Assembly: GCA_012295275.1 (NCBI GenBank)
Contig: CM022676.1
Span: 15,686,001-15,750,000, forward strand
Source of the DNA: Chrysomallon squamiferum
Lineage: Eukaryota > Animalia > Mollusca
Reading direction: 5' to 3'
Length of the DNA stretch: 64,000 bases
The notes under the pieces were generated by a model. The model ran no database searches and had not been told where the DNA came from. It saw nothing but the letters and a program-made list of their open reading frames with translations. Each line of letters begins with the position of its first letter. Within the stretch, counting starts at the first letter, position 1. This document shows, piece by piece, positions 12,284 through 26,935 of the stretch. A program made the translations under genes and the position numbers.

Positions 12284-13095
12284 CAACAACTAAAAAACGT
12301 ATATGGGTTCGATACTTCTGTTATGTTTACATGTGTAGTATACAGTATTTGTTGGTATATTTTATGTGCTACAACTACAGTCTAGTAAAAGTGTGGCTAA
12401 CTGTGTCTATTATGATTCTGCTTAAAGTATATCTAATAGAATTGTGATTAAGTGTGTCTAGTAAGATTCTCATTAAACAAAGTCTAGTAACAAAAATGTG
12501 TGGCGTTGATTTTTTGTGCAGACACATGCACTAAACTCTCGGACTTGAGGACAGTAAATTATAATGATGATGAGTTATTATCGCACAGAACAATAATTTT
12601 TTTAAAAAAGAGACTTGATTATTATCCACCGAACATAATGCAGTTCAGCAAACATGTTTATAGTTTGTTGTTTGTCGTCATAGCAAAATACAATTGAAAA
12701 TGAATAAAATAAAAATAAAAACTCAGTGATGAGCATTATAACAAATTTCCTTTCTTTACTTACTACAAGAGTTGTGTAACGACATCTCACCTAAATGTGC
12801 CTGTAACAGCAATATGTCCTAAACATTTCTACAACAATCAAATTTACAAAATGTTCTGCCCTTCTTAATCCAGTTGTGCTTCTCGCATGACTATTGTCTT
12901 CAAGTCGATGCTATTTAAATATCACCTCATCTAGCGGACGTCAAAACAATCAACTAAAGACTGAATTACATCACTGGTGAAAACAGGTCTCTACAGTGAT
13001 ACTCAATTGGTTTAGTATAATCAGTTATATGTTACACATATATTTGTATGCCACATTTGTCTACATAATAATCTATAGCTTCATCATTTAAAAAT
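9530..13095 (+). repeat. Segmental duplication, paralogous to ~42960-46320
   Basis: Colinear shared exon, intron and 3' blocks, e.g. TTCAGAGGTTCTATAA, TTCTCACTCTCGAGG, TCGCATGACTAT.GTCTT.AAGTCG.TGCTATTTAAATAT and ATTTGTCTACATAATAAT. Confidence 0.85.
9550..11987 (+). CDS. Three cytoplasmic-tail exons of an Ig/FN3 receptor (9550-9583, 11198-11250, 11923-11987); upstream exons missing or lost in the gap
   Basis: GT-AG exons in consistent phase give GNAKDEHVHETR-NVSEPQSRTYDNLAFEP-GNSPEPNLYEVLSVKDNGRRN*. They are paralogous to 42989-45091; the first two exons have identical sizes (34 and 53 nt). Confidence 0.7.
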
Positions 13096-13099
13096 AAAT

Positions 13100-14605
13100 A
13101 GACGATTTATTATAAATGTGCAGTGAAACTTTAAACAAGGACGTATTTTTAGAATATATTCAGGATAAGTTTTAACAAAAACTTATAATTAGAAAATATA
13201 GGATATAACTTTAAAAACGTATTATTAGAAAATATACAGGATAAATTTAAAAAAACAAAAACAAAAAAAAAACACTTATTATTAAAAATATACAGCGAAA
13301 CTTTAAACAAAAGCGTCTTATCAGAAAACTAGAAACGGTAATTTTAAACAAAAACGTATTATTACAAATACACAGTAAACGTATTATTAGAAAATATACA
13401 GGATAACTTTGAACAAAACACGTATTGTTAGAAAAGATAAGGTTAACTTTAAGCAAAAACGTATTATTAGAAATATGCATGGTAATTTTAAAGGAAACAC
13501 GTATTATTAAAAGATATAGATGGTTATTTTTAAACAAAAACTTATTATTAGAAACATACGGTGAAACTTAAACAAAAATGTCATATTAGGAATGTGTAAT
13601 GCAACATTAAATAAAAATGTGTTATTAGAATTGTATGTGGTATCTTTAAACAAAAATGTATTATTAGAAATAGGCAACGTAACTTTAAATACAAATGTAT
13701 TATTGGAACTATATAGTATAACATTAGACAAAAACATATTGTTAGAAATATACAGAGAAAGTTAAAAAATTATACTATTTTTGATGGTATGTAGGTATCT
13801 TTAAACACACTTAAGCGTATTGTTAGAAATATGCAGAGTACGATTAATAATAATAAAAAAGGATTATTAGAAATATATAATGAAATGGCTAAAAAAGAAC
13901 CTATTTTCAGAAATATGCAATGATTTTAGAACGGTACTGTGGAACTTGAAGAAAACAATAACAACAACAACAACAAAAGAATACAACCCCCCCACAGAAA
14001 AACAACAACAAATAAAAAAAAAAAAAAACACACACACACAAAAAAACACAAAAAAAACGCATTTTTGAAATATACAGTGCAACTTTATACAGAAATATGT
14101 TTCTGGAATTACACAGAGTAACTTTAAACAGAAACGTATTATTAGAAATATGAACTGTAACTTTAAACAAAAACTAATTAATAAAACCATGCAGTGCAAA
14201 TCGATGAAAAATTAAACTAGAAATATACAGTGCAATTTTAAACAAAAGCCTTTCAGGAATATACAGAGTAAATTTAAACAAAAATGTATTATTAGAAACT
14301 CACAGGATAACTTTAAACAAAATCGTAGTATTAGAAAGTACACAGGATAACTTTAAACAAAAACATAGTATTAGAAAATATACAGGATAACTTTAAACTA
14401 AACACGTATTAATAGAGATATGCAGTGTAACTTTATAAAAACCGTCTGATAAGAATTATGCAATTTAACTTTAAACAAAAATTATTTATGAGAAATATAC
14501 AGAGTAAATTTAAAAAAAAAAAAAAAAAAACAACAACAACAACGTATTATTAGAAATATACAGTGTGACTATACACAAAAATGTATTATTAGAAACACAC
14601 AGTGT
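13100..14605. repeat. Degenerate tandem array, ~37-38 bp unit AAACGTATTATTAGAAATATACAGTGTAACTTTAAACAA
   Basis: Repeated units are visible throughout, interrupted by A/CAA runs. Confidence 0.9.
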
Positions 14606-15000
14606 GACTTTTAACAGCAGCAAGATAATCAGCATCATCGTCACCGTCTTCATCACCATACTCGTCTGAATCTTCTCTGCAGTTGTTGTGTGACTGTTTT
14701 AAGCACAAACTGGCGAGGCAGAGATTTTTTTTTCTGATAAAATGTTTACTTTGAACAACTCTGTGAAATAATAATAAAAAAACACCAACAACTTAAATTC
14801 ATTTTTACTCTGACTGATTGAGAACCACAAAGTAAATTATGATATATGTGAGCCCGTATTTGTGGTGATTGTGTGTACCAGTTTTAAGATTATATTATAT
14901 TTATTTATAATTTGTGTGTGGTTGTATGTCTGTGTCTTTATATATAATACGTACACGTGTACGTTTGAAAACATTAAAAGAAATTGATAACTGTGATTAC

Positions 15001-17324
15001 TTGTTTTCTTTCTTCTTTACTTTTCTCTGCTCATTTGGTGACTACTTCTTCTGTCACTGCTAAATGCTTCTTTTCTTTGTCCCATCACAGTGTCGTCTGT
15101 ATCAGGAGAATCGAGTCTGGAGATACTGTCTGAGTTTCCCTGGATATAATCCCTGGGTGTGTTGGTTACTGGATAATCCAGTTCTGATGTAATTTTCGGA
15201 TGATCCTTTAAGTTCTCTCCTCCTCGATAATAGGTGTACGTTTTTGGTCTAATATAATCCTTGGCTTTAGTTACTATGGGATAATTCTTGAATCTCTTTT
15301 CTCCTTGGTAATCGCTGTGAAATTTTGCTGTAGGATAGTCCCTCATTTTAATTTCTTTGGGATCATTTTTCTCTTTATTTGTATTCTGAAAATACTCGTC
15401 TCTCTTTGTTTTAGGATTATATCAGTCTTTATCTGCTCTTGGATAATCGCTCTCGGATTTTCTTCTGAGATGATCTTTCTCCGTATTTGCTTTCGTAACA
15501 TCTCTTTCTCTGTATGCTTTGGAATTATTTGAGGAATTATTGCTGTTTCGAATTGTTTTCCAAATATACTTGGTTTTTACCGTTCTTGTATAATGGCTGT
15601 CTGAACGTGTTCCGTGTGATTTATCCACCTTAATATCTGAAAGTGTGATTTTAGCCTCCACTGTGGATGACTCTCTATCTGACGGCTTACTGCTGGCAAA
15701 TCCTTCTGAGGCCCTTCTTTTAGTACATTTGTCTGATGTCCTTGTGTTACTGTCTTTGTCTACAGGCCTACTGCTATTATATTTCTCTGACGTCCATCTG
15801 TTACTATTTCTGTCTGACTTTCTTCTGTTGATATCTCCCGCTGACGCCCTTCTATTAGTACCTTTCTGTGATGCCGTTCTGAATAACACTTCACTGTCAC
15901 GATGTCGATCTGTCGTCCTTCTGTTACTATCTTTGTCTGTCGCTCTGCTATTAGCATCTATCTCTGTCGTCCTTCTGTTACTATCTTTGTCTGTCGCTCT
16001 GCTATTAGCATCTCTCTCTGTCGTCCTTCTGTTACTATCTTTGTCTGCTGCACTGCTGTTAGTATCTCTCTGTCGTCCTTCTGTTAGCATCTATCTCTGT
16101 CGTCCTTCTGTCGCTCTTTGTCTGTTACTATATCTCTTTCTGTCCGTCCGTCTGTTGGTATCTCTATCTGACGTTCTTCTGTTGGTATTTCTCTCTGTCG
16201 TCCTTCTGTTACTATCTCTTCTGACACCTCGCTTTCTGTTAGTCTCTGATGTCTGACGTCCTTCTGTTACTATCTGCGCCCTTCTGTTACCATCTCTCTC
16301 TGACGTCCATCTGAACGTATATCTGTCTGATCTGTTAGTATATGTCTGACGTATATCTGTCTGATCTGTTACGTCCCATCTATGTTAGTATATCTGTCTG
16401 ACGCCTGCTGTCTGACGCCCTACTGTTACTGTTAGTGTTAGTATATCTGTCTCCATCTGACGTCCCTTCTGTTACTATATTGTCTGTCTGTCTGCCCACT
16501 GCTGTTAGTATCTCTCTCTGACGTCCTTCTGTTACTATCTTTGTCTGTCTGTCCTTGTTAGTATATCTGTCTGTCGTCCTATCTTGTCTGTCTGCTGCAC
16601 TGCTGTTAGTATCTGTCTATCTGTCTGTCCCTCTATTAGTATATCTTCTGTTACTATCTTATCTGACACCCTGTCTCTGTCTGACGTCCTTGTTAGTATC
16701 TGACGTTTCTGTCTGACGTCTTGTTAGTATATCTGTCTGACGCCCTACTGTTAGTATATCTGTCTGACTGTGTTAGTATATATCCTGCTGTTAGTATATC
16801 TCTCTGTCGTCCTGTCTGACGCCCTACTGTTAGTATATCTGTCTGACTGCCTGACTTGTTAGTATATCTGTCTGACTGCTAGTATATCTGTTAGCCCTAT
16901 ATCTGTCTGATGCCCTACTGTTAGTATATCTGTCTGATGCCCTACTGTTAGTATATCTGTCTGATGCCCTACTGTTAGTATATCTGTCTGATGCTCTACT
17001 GTTAGTATATCTGTCTGACGCCCTACTGTTAGTATATCTGTCTCACGCCCTACTGTTAGTATATCTGTCTCACGCCCTACTGTTAGTATATCTGTCTGAC
17101 GCCCTACTGTTAGTATATCTGTCTGACGCCCTACTGTTAGTATATCTGTCTGACGCCCTACTGTTAGTATATCTGTCTGACGCCCTACTGTTAGTATATC
17201 TGTCTGACGCCCTACTGTTAGCATCTCTGTTGGACGTCATTTCGGAGGACGTCACATTTTTTTTTTGTACTGGAACAGATTTCGCACTCTGCATTCTTCC
17301 CGAAATAGTCAAAATAAATTTGAC
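15001..17324 (-). pseudogene. Large low-complexity exon continuing the ZNFX1-like gene
   Basis: Acceptor TTTCAG at 17325 (phase 1) gives GQIYFDYFGKNAECEICSST. After an A10 run come NSRASDRYT-type 9-aa repeats and a DYP-rich segment (ORFs 17070..17333, 15422..16090, 15017..15346), with stops and frameshifts. Candidate donor GTAATC at 15000. Confidence 0.55.
15690..17225. repeat. 27-bp coding-type minisatellite CTACTGTTAGTATATCTGTCTGACGCC
   Basis: Near-perfect copies at 16895-17222, scrambled copies at 16256-16890 and diverged copies at 15690-16255. Confidence 0.9.
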
Positions 17325-17803
17325 CTGAAACAAAAATATGATTCAAGAATTATAATTTCTGTCAAGGTCTTTTTTCGATTTTTTTTTTCTTTTGTATAAT
17401 CCTATGGAATAGCTGGATATAGGGACTAAACCATCATTAAACGTAAAAGTTACTAGATCTAGGTCGAAGGCAACAGGAAAAAATAATTAATGGTGAATAT
17501 AAAAATAACATAAAGAAGTAAAGAAAAATATAAAGAAATAAAGAAAACAAATTATAACTGAGAAATAAGTAAATAAATAGACAAATAAATAAAATTATTT
17601 AGATAGAACGGAAATATGTAAGATCTGGATATATGCGAATCAGCCAAAAATGAGATACATAAAGGTAATAATTTAATAACAAATACAAAATATTTCGATA
17701 TTAATATAAAACCATTTGACGTTGTTTTAAATATGTAAATTTGGACAAAGTCATCTATACGTTTTTAATTAAAAACAGAGATACACAAATACAGTGTTCT
17801 CAC

Positions 17804-19276
17804 CTGCTTCACATTTCAGCCAGCCTTCCGTACTGAAATTCATGGTAACTTTGTCTGTAGAAACGTAACGAAGAGATATTTCACTTGAAGGAAGGAAAGG
17901 AGCCCGCGATTTAACTATTTCTTGACGTTCTGGAGTAAAGGCATTTCCATCCATAGCGAACTTTTTAATTACATCAGTAACATCATTTGTATTGTCTGTG
18001 ATTTTCTGTGACTGTTTGGCGTTGTCTGAAGCTGATTTTAGATCGATTAGCAGTTTCAGTCTTTTCGTTTCATTGTCTGCATCGAATTGCTCCTGCTTCG
18101 TAAATATTCTTCTGTCCTTCGATATCCATGTCTCGAAACGATCCACGTCTTTCCCATGTTCACTGATCCCCATCTTACGAAAATATGTTTTAAACGTACG
18201 ACAGTTATTTTTTAGAGCCATAAGCATCTGACGCAAACTGATTAAACTTTGTCTTTCGCAATAGTCTTTTCTTTCCTGCTTTATTAATTCAAGCTTGATA
18301 TAATCTACGTCCAGTAAAGTCTGTTTGATGACGTCTCTATATCTTCCACTATGTCCAATGACCACGTTGCAGCGTGGACAACGTTTCAACTGGATTGTGT
18401 TGGATTTCGACTCCATCAGCTCGTCGAGAGCTTGCACCTCAAAGATATGTCCGCAGTCTTCGAGCTGCACAAACAGAGAGTAATTTCGTTTATCAGACTG
18501 CAAAGCTTTCTCTTCATCTCTGTTACAGACTCGACAAAGATCAGGACACTTTTCTCCTGCCAGACCAATGCATCTGTGCTGACACGACAGGTTTTTCATA
18601 CACCGCTTGTTGGAGCATGGCATATTCCATACATCACAACATCGTCTACGAATGTTCATTCCCTTGTACCTGATGACGCAGTTTTCACGGCACACATACA
18701 GCGGTCACCACACGACCTTTCACAGCACAGATGGACACAGCTGTTCTCACACGGCAGAGGACAAAGTGGACACGTAGAACAGTCACTGACATATTCGTGT
18801 CCACACAGCAGACGTTTCCTCCATTTATCCTTGCAAGCAACGTGAAGTCGACCTTGAACACATCCGTGACAACTACCATGACAAATATGACCACATTTCA
18901 AAAGGGCGCTACACTTTACATTACAAACTGCTTTGTCTCCTTCATGACAAACCACTTCAATTTCATGATCACATTTCAAAACGGCGCTACACTTTACATT
19001 ACAAAGTTCTTTGTCTCGTTCAAGACAAACCACTTCAATTTCATGACCACATTTTAAAACGGTCAGGCATTTCGCATTACAAACAGCGCTGTCTTGTTCG
19101 TGGCAAACTACCTCAATTTCGTGCCCGCAGTACAAACCAACATGCTTTACTTGCTTCATGCATTTGATTGTACTTGCATCGGCAGAGCAAGGAATTTCTT
19201 GTTTGTGTCCGCACGCTGGTATCACCTTGGTAACGGGAGCGACACACTCTCTGCAATCTTCTTGTTTATGTTCCAA
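17804..19276 (-). pseudogene. ZNFX1: ZNFX1-like (NFX1-type zinc finger protein 1) C-terminal exon, 5'-truncated, with a frameshift near 18695
   Basis: NF-X1-type Cys/His repeats (KVIPACGHKQEIPC, CGHICHGSCHGCVQGRLHVACKDK), then CQHRCIGLAGEKCPDLCRVC, FVQLEDCGHIFEVQALD, IQLKRCPRC...RY and WLKCEAG|GTGAG, all typical of the ZNFX1 C-terminus. Two overlapping ORFs need one frameshift. No helicase exons upstream in the window. Confidence 0.85.
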
Positions 19277-19335
19277 TTTTAATTTTTATAACTGAAATTT
19301 TCTTTTTCTACTTTAGGCTTGACAAAACCTAATAT

Positions 19336-19502
<167 letters not shown>

Positions 19503-19857
19503 TATGAAGTTATCTTTTTACTAAAGTGATCTTTATCTCAGGGTAATAAATTTGAGACATCTAAGTAAACTTTAGTCTAGACAAAAAAAAATTAGTACAT
19601 CATGTTATCACTCACACGTTTCTCAATAATCAACTGATCAGAGAGGACAGACATTTTAAATACGGATCGTAAAAATATTCGAACTTTCAGTATAGAATCT
19701 ACTTATTCATATGCAAAAAAAATTAAATATATGAAACAGGATATTTATAGTACAAAGCGATAAACTGTATCATAAAGGAATTGTTATTATTATTATTACA
19801 TAGATTTTTTTAACAAAATGTTCTCTCTATACCTAATATTATCAGGAATACCAACAA

Positions 19858-20026
<169 letters not shown>

Positions 20027-20088
20027 GTTCCTATTATATATCTCTCTCTCTATATATATATATCTCTCTCTCTATCTCTCTATATATA

Positions 20089-20145
<57 letters not shown>

Positions 20146-20761
20146 GTATGAATGTGTGTATGTATGTATGTATGTATATAGTAAATCAATAAGTGCCTCG
20201 AAGCTGAAGGGGATAAAAAATCTAAATGATAATAATAATAATAAATATATAATAACAACAACAACAACACTAATAATAAATCAATTAATTATGTTTATTT
20301 GCGTGTTATGCTCCTAGTTTAGAAAAATAAATACTGGAACAAATAAAACAGAAGAGAACAAAATGTGTGTTTAATTAGTTTTGAAATAAAAAAGTCGACA
20401 TACCAAACATTTGCAGTCAGCTTCAGCGGATGTATCTGATGACGTGGTATAGACGCTGAGTTTTTATTTACTGCTGATGTAAACATTAACGTTTCCACGA
20501 AATTAACTGATAAGTGTACTTTCACTTTAATTACCGTATACACCACAGTACAGGGGACAAAATGTAGAAACATTTTTTCGGTTAAGAAAAAGAAAAATAA
20601 TAATAAAATGGCATATAAATACCTTACGGTCAAACCCTTTTACATACGCATATAAAAACGCATAAACAAATATATGTGACGCATACGTAAATGTATAAGC
20701 CAGAAACACATACAGATAAGACTTCTGCGCTTCCGCACACATATGTTACACTAAATAATTC

Positions 20762-21800
<1,039 letters not shown>

Positions 21801-21967
21801 ATATAAATTACTGTTCACAGGAAACTGTAAAGCTAATTAGATGGTGGAAGGTTCACTGATGAAATCAGGTGAGAAGAGGCGACATTTGTTTCAGAGGTTC
21901 ATGTTTCTTTCTCTGTTTAAACACCAACTCGACCGTCGTCACCATCATTCGGACGAAGACAACAAAG

Positions 21968-22181
21968 ATGAAGGGAGTCGCTTTTCAGTTTGTCTTAGCG
22001 TTTCTTTGTCTGCTATTAGCGTTGGCCCAGTCTGTGCAGGTGTCTGACTCAGATGTTGAGACTGTCGAGTCGAAGAGAAGCCACTCAGGACAGAATCACG
22101 GCTTTGATCCGAAGTCGCTTTCTAAACGAGACATCATCCACCCGAGTAAAGTAGGAGATAAAATATTCCAGCCGAAACTGG
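21968..22181 (+). CDS. Secreted prepro-protein, exon 1 (signal peptide and propiece)
   Basis: MKGVAFQFVLAFLCLLLALAQS signal-like segment, acidic stretch, two KR sites. Donor G|GTGAGT, phase 1. Confidence 0.85.
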
Positions 22182-23386
22182 GTGAGTTTGTTTTATTTCC
22201 TTCTCCTGTAAAACATCATCATTATCATTATGATCATCACCATCACCATCATCATCATTATCATCATCAGGATATATAATTTGCGAAATTCCTAAAAGCT
22301 ATCTTTAATCTGTCATGGAAAATATAATGCCTAATTCGGATATGCATTTTAGTTCTTTTTTTTTTGTTATTATATATCTGTAATGCATTTTTCTCTGTAC
22401 TGTTTCCTATAGTTTATGATTATCAAATCATTTCATTGTACACTTCGGACTTCGGGTGTAAATTCCAGAAAATAAGAAAAAGAAAGACAAGTTATATAAT
22501 ACTTAGTTTGTCAACAATTTTCCAAGGACGATCACATCTGAAAAAACTGACGGCAGTTTCCGCGTAATTAGGTTACCATGTGGTATGAAATGATCGCCAT
22601 TCTTTGAAAGCTTAACAAATAATGATGACATACATCTTGTAGTTACTATACTGAGCTAAATGAACAAAATTATTATTAGTGTTGAAACACTCATTTAGAG
22701 TCAGAAGCAGAAATCTGTATAAAATACGTATGACGCACACTTTTCACTGTCTTATTGAATTGGTCGCAATCAGAGAACGAACTTTCTAAAACAAAATTAA
22801 TAGAAGATTTTCCAACAAATCCACTGTGTACAGAGAAAGATTTATCTCTAGACAGATAAATGACACTTTGTCAAAGCAAAATGAGACAATAACACATAAC
22901 CAATCATTTGTCACAAAGGTAAAATTAAATGTCTACATGTATACATGTTATGTATCTAATAAAACAGGGACTTTAACAACATATTTTATACACATTCATG
23001 GCATAAGTGATAAAATGATTTAAGAAAAGTTTTATTCTGATGTTTGTTTAATACTACTGATAGCCTACTTTCTCAAATTTTCACCTCTGCGTACTGGGTT
23101 TCTTAATTCTAATCTTTACCATGTCATTCTGTTCAGTCCATCTGAGTTGATTCAGTTTGTACACAAATTAAAAAAAAAAAAAAAAAAATCAATACCTGTG
23201 TTGATTGTCAATTGCTGTTAACACAAAAACAAGGCATGTCAGCAGCTATTCTTGCACTTTTATTACTAAATATAATTTCGGTGCCCGACTGCAAAACGTG
23301 TTCAAGTCATCTTTGGACAAAATAGAGGCAAAATGTGTCAATAGTTTCAACTTCCAAGTGATATATATATTGTATTTTTTGAAAGA

Positions 23387-23476
<90 letters not shown>

Positions 23477-23737
23477 AATAAATAAATAAATAAATGCCAC
23501 TTAGACTTTGCCGCGGGTTAAAAGAAAGACGAAGTTTTGTATAAAATGGTGAACATTTCAACCAGGTCAACTTATCGGCAAATCAACGCGTAATCACTGG
23601 CAAATCTCAGCTAGATATTTAACTGTAACATTTGTAATAAAACATATTCAATTTTTTGGTGGTTTTGATCTTTATAAACTGTCACTCTGTATTTAACTGC
23701 GTAGCTCTTTCATCCCAAGGGAATCCGGTGTTGACAA

Positions 23738-23847
<110 letters not shown>

Positions 23848-23939
23848 CTCTCTCTCTCTCTCTCTCTATCTGTGTGTGTGTTTATTAATAAGACAAAACA
23901 TCAATTAATTATTATCATTATGTTATTTATTTATTTATT

Positions 23940-24040
<101 letters not shown>

Positions 24041-24054
24041 TTTTTCACTTTCAG

Positions 24055-24213
24055 ATCTTTGGTCTGCTAGGAGGCAGGTAGAGAACGAAACTACTAGAAG
24101 CAAGAGGCTCTTTTATTTGAGGAAATATATTTGGAAAGCCCTTCTTCGCACATTAAAATTCATAAAGAAAACATGGAGTGGAAGGCGCATGACAATACAG
24201 TACTCTAAACAAG
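24055..24213 (+). CDS. Secreted prepro-protein, exon 2 (furin site and cationic amphipathic peptide)
   Basis: Acceptor TTCACTTTCAG, open in phase 1: DLWSARRQVENETTRSKR|LFYLRKYIWKALLRTLKFIKKTWSGRRMTIQYSKQ. Donor AAG|GTGAAA. Confidence 0.8.
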
Positions 24214-24425
24214 GTGAAATACGTCTACTTCTTTCTGTTTCAAGGTGAAACGGTTTTTTAAATTTAGAGTGTTCATATTTCAACTTTTCGTTGCGGTTTA
24301 AAAAGTGATATTAACACACACAAATATTCAAATACACGAACAAACAGGCATAGAGACATGCACATAAATTTGGATTTCGTCTTAATATTTTTGTTTTGTT
24401 TTTCGTTTTATTTTATATTTTAAAG

Positions 24426-24640
24426 GTGGTTACTCTGCAGCTTCAAGTGACTACAGTAAACTAAAAGTGGAGGGTAGCAGGCCAATCAGCGGTAAGAACG
24501 GACTCCAAGGAAACACGGGGAAGATTGGTGACTGGAAAATTACGGTCCGGAACAAGAGCTCTGGCAAAAATCCGAAACCAACCCTGTCATTTACGTCAAA
24601 GGATGGTAGAACTGTAATAAAAATCAGATACAAAAATTAA
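24426..24640 (+). CDS. Secreted prepro-protein, exon 3 (basic domain resembling bacterial polymorphic-toxin C-termini)
   Basis: Acceptor ATTTTAAAG, open in phase 1: GGYSAASSDYSKLKVEGSRPISGKNGLQGNTGKIGDWKITVRNKSSGKNPKPTLSFTSKDGRTVIKIRYKN*. AATAAA at 24685. The toxin similarity comes from motif recall, not a search. Confidence 0.75.
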
Positions 24641-24722
24641 CACGTATTTCTCTATTCTTGGTTTTACTTAAAGAAAAGTTCTTCAATAAAACAAATAAAT
24701 TATGTTTAAAAAATTGATCTGA

Positions 24723-25217
24723 TGTTACGTTATAGTTATTCTTAAACTCATAACTGACAGGAGTTTTAACATTGAAATAGACTGTGGGATGAATAGCTTC
24801 AATATTAAGAGCAGGATTAAGTATGTAGTGAGCGTCGTCTTAAGGTATAGGCACAATGGGTGTTGTGTATGGGGACCCCTGGTCAAGTAACACGTGCAGT
24901 CAGTGTATGCGTGTATGTACGAGTATGTACGAGTCCCAGTATGTATGCAGTCAGTGTATGCGTGTATGTACGAGTCCCAGTGCTTTGCTTCTTCCAGGGC
25001 CAATGACGCTGATAAGATGATCAAAGAAAATATCTAGCGACACTGAGACACGTATAGATGAATTGTGTCTGTTCGCAGCAAAATGTCTAATAGACTGAAA
25101 AATGTTCTTCTTTTCCATACATGTTTTACAAAACACTGAACATTAAGTTTACGCAGACTGACCCGTGTTACTGAGTATCGAGCGCTCGATACCAATCTAC
25201 CATAAGGGAGGTAACCC
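24723..25217. mobile_element. Possible solo LTR or TE relic with an internal ~53-bp duplication
   Basis: Bounded by TGTTAC...GTAAC. GCAGTCAGTGTATGCGTGTATGTACGAGT occurs twice (24896, 24947). Confidence 0.25.
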
Positions 25218-25449
25218 ATATTAACTATTGAATGCGGAAGTTATGCGTTAAGTGTTCACTTGATCGCTCTGCTTGTCACGTTGCATTTAAATCGATCTAA
25301 TACTTATGATTTCAGAAAAGAAATTGCTGACTTTGTCAGCCACGTCATCAAAGTAAGTGAATGAAATTTTCTTTTTACATATGGTTATTCTTCTGTCTGT
25401 CGTGTATACATTTTTTGCTAATAACAGGTAACTTGTCGCGTTCCTCGCA

Positions 25450-26179
25450 TCTCAAAATCCGAAATATTCCTCACTTCCGGTCCCAAGGATTTCGAGTAAA
25501 AATATCCTCAACCTGAATTTCTGAGAATGACAGAAGAACGAAGAAAGGAAGACAGAATAGAAACAAGTTTTTATGAAAAAAGTATACTGTTACTAAAACA
25601 AAAAAACAAAACAAATAATACTGATTTGAGATCATTTATTTTATAACTTTACATTACAACATATTATAACCGTGTTTATTTTTGTCTTTGGCTATTTTGC
25701 TGTACAACTAACTACTTTGGGGAATGGACTCTGGGAGCAATGGAGTCCAGTCTAAATATAAAAATGAAAGTGAGAGGAGCCGAGTTCCGAAGTGTTTATT
25801 TCTGGTCAGCCAAGTGCGTTGTAACTGGACACTGGTCTGTGCGTTATTTTATAGCACTCGGCTCATATCGTTACGTATTAATGTATTTAGGTATTTAATT
25901 TACTGTAAGGATTATTGCCGTAATCAGTCTACTCGAAATAAGACATATTTTGTTTAGAGCTGTCCTAGTGTTAATTACAGTCATACTGTCACAATTTTAA
26001 ATAATTGTATATCTGTTGTTAGATTGGATGGATTGTAACTTGACGACTTTGGCTTTATAACTTACGTAGCTACAGTTAAATATACTTTATTTTAAATGAA
26101 TGAATTTTAATCCTTGTTAAACGTATCCTTGGATCCTTTCTAACTGTATTTTAAATCATGCATATTCACACACACACAC

Positions 26180-26252
<73 letters not shown>

Positions 26253-26896
26253 CACACGGGCATGTGCGCTCTCACTATCTCTCCTACACACACGCATCCA
26301 CCTCCACCTGCACGCGTGCGCGCTCGCACACACACATTTATTCATATATCGATATATATTCATACATAGATTCATATGCACATATATAAATATACACAAT
26401 ATTCCTCTCTATACACCTATAAGAAGGAAGTTTCACAAAATCTTTCTTATTTAATTAGTTTTAAAATATATATAAATAACTTTGTCTTAATAGAGAACTT
26501 CACACACACACACACACATACCACATCAACACACATACACAGACTTTTAGTCAGACAAACACACAATCAGACACATACACACAGATACAAACAGACAGAA
26601 ATACAGACACAACGCTCGGAGACACACACAAACACACACATACACACAGATACACTTACATTAGGACTCAAAAGTGATGTTCGTCTTGGAAGAAATACAT
26701 TTATATGGACAGACACACACACGCACACTCTCAGTCTTTCTCTTATACACACATACACACACACATTTCTAAATATATATTCATACACACATTCATTCGC
26801 ACATATATACATATACATTATAAACCTCCCTATACACAAATAAGAAGGAATCTTCAGAGAATCTCTGTTTAATTAGTTTTAATAGGGAACTTTACA

Positions 26897-26935
<39 letters not shown>

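Noticed and set aside
13100-14605. ~37-bp periodic array superficially like a CRISPR
   Set aside because: Head-to-tail degenerate units with no unique spacers, no cas genes and a eukaryotic context.
15645-17224. Leu/Ser-rich plus-strand ORF and the LTVGRQTDI repeat ORF
   Set aside because: Alternative frames of the 27-bp minisatellite.
21968-22181. Simple neuropeptide precursor interpretation (KR sites)
   Set aside because: No repeated peptide motifs, and downstream exons add a globular basic domain. An effector precursor fits better, though small peptides may still be released.
22182-22279. Poly-His C-terminus of ORF 21869..22279
   Set aside because: It lies past a strong GTGAGT donor and is an intronic (CAT)n microsatellite.
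25724-25957. Similar ORFs at 25724 and 33209 suggesting a conserved small protein
   Set aside because: The similarity is explained by the DNA-level segmental duplication; the starts and stops differ and there is no recognisable motif.
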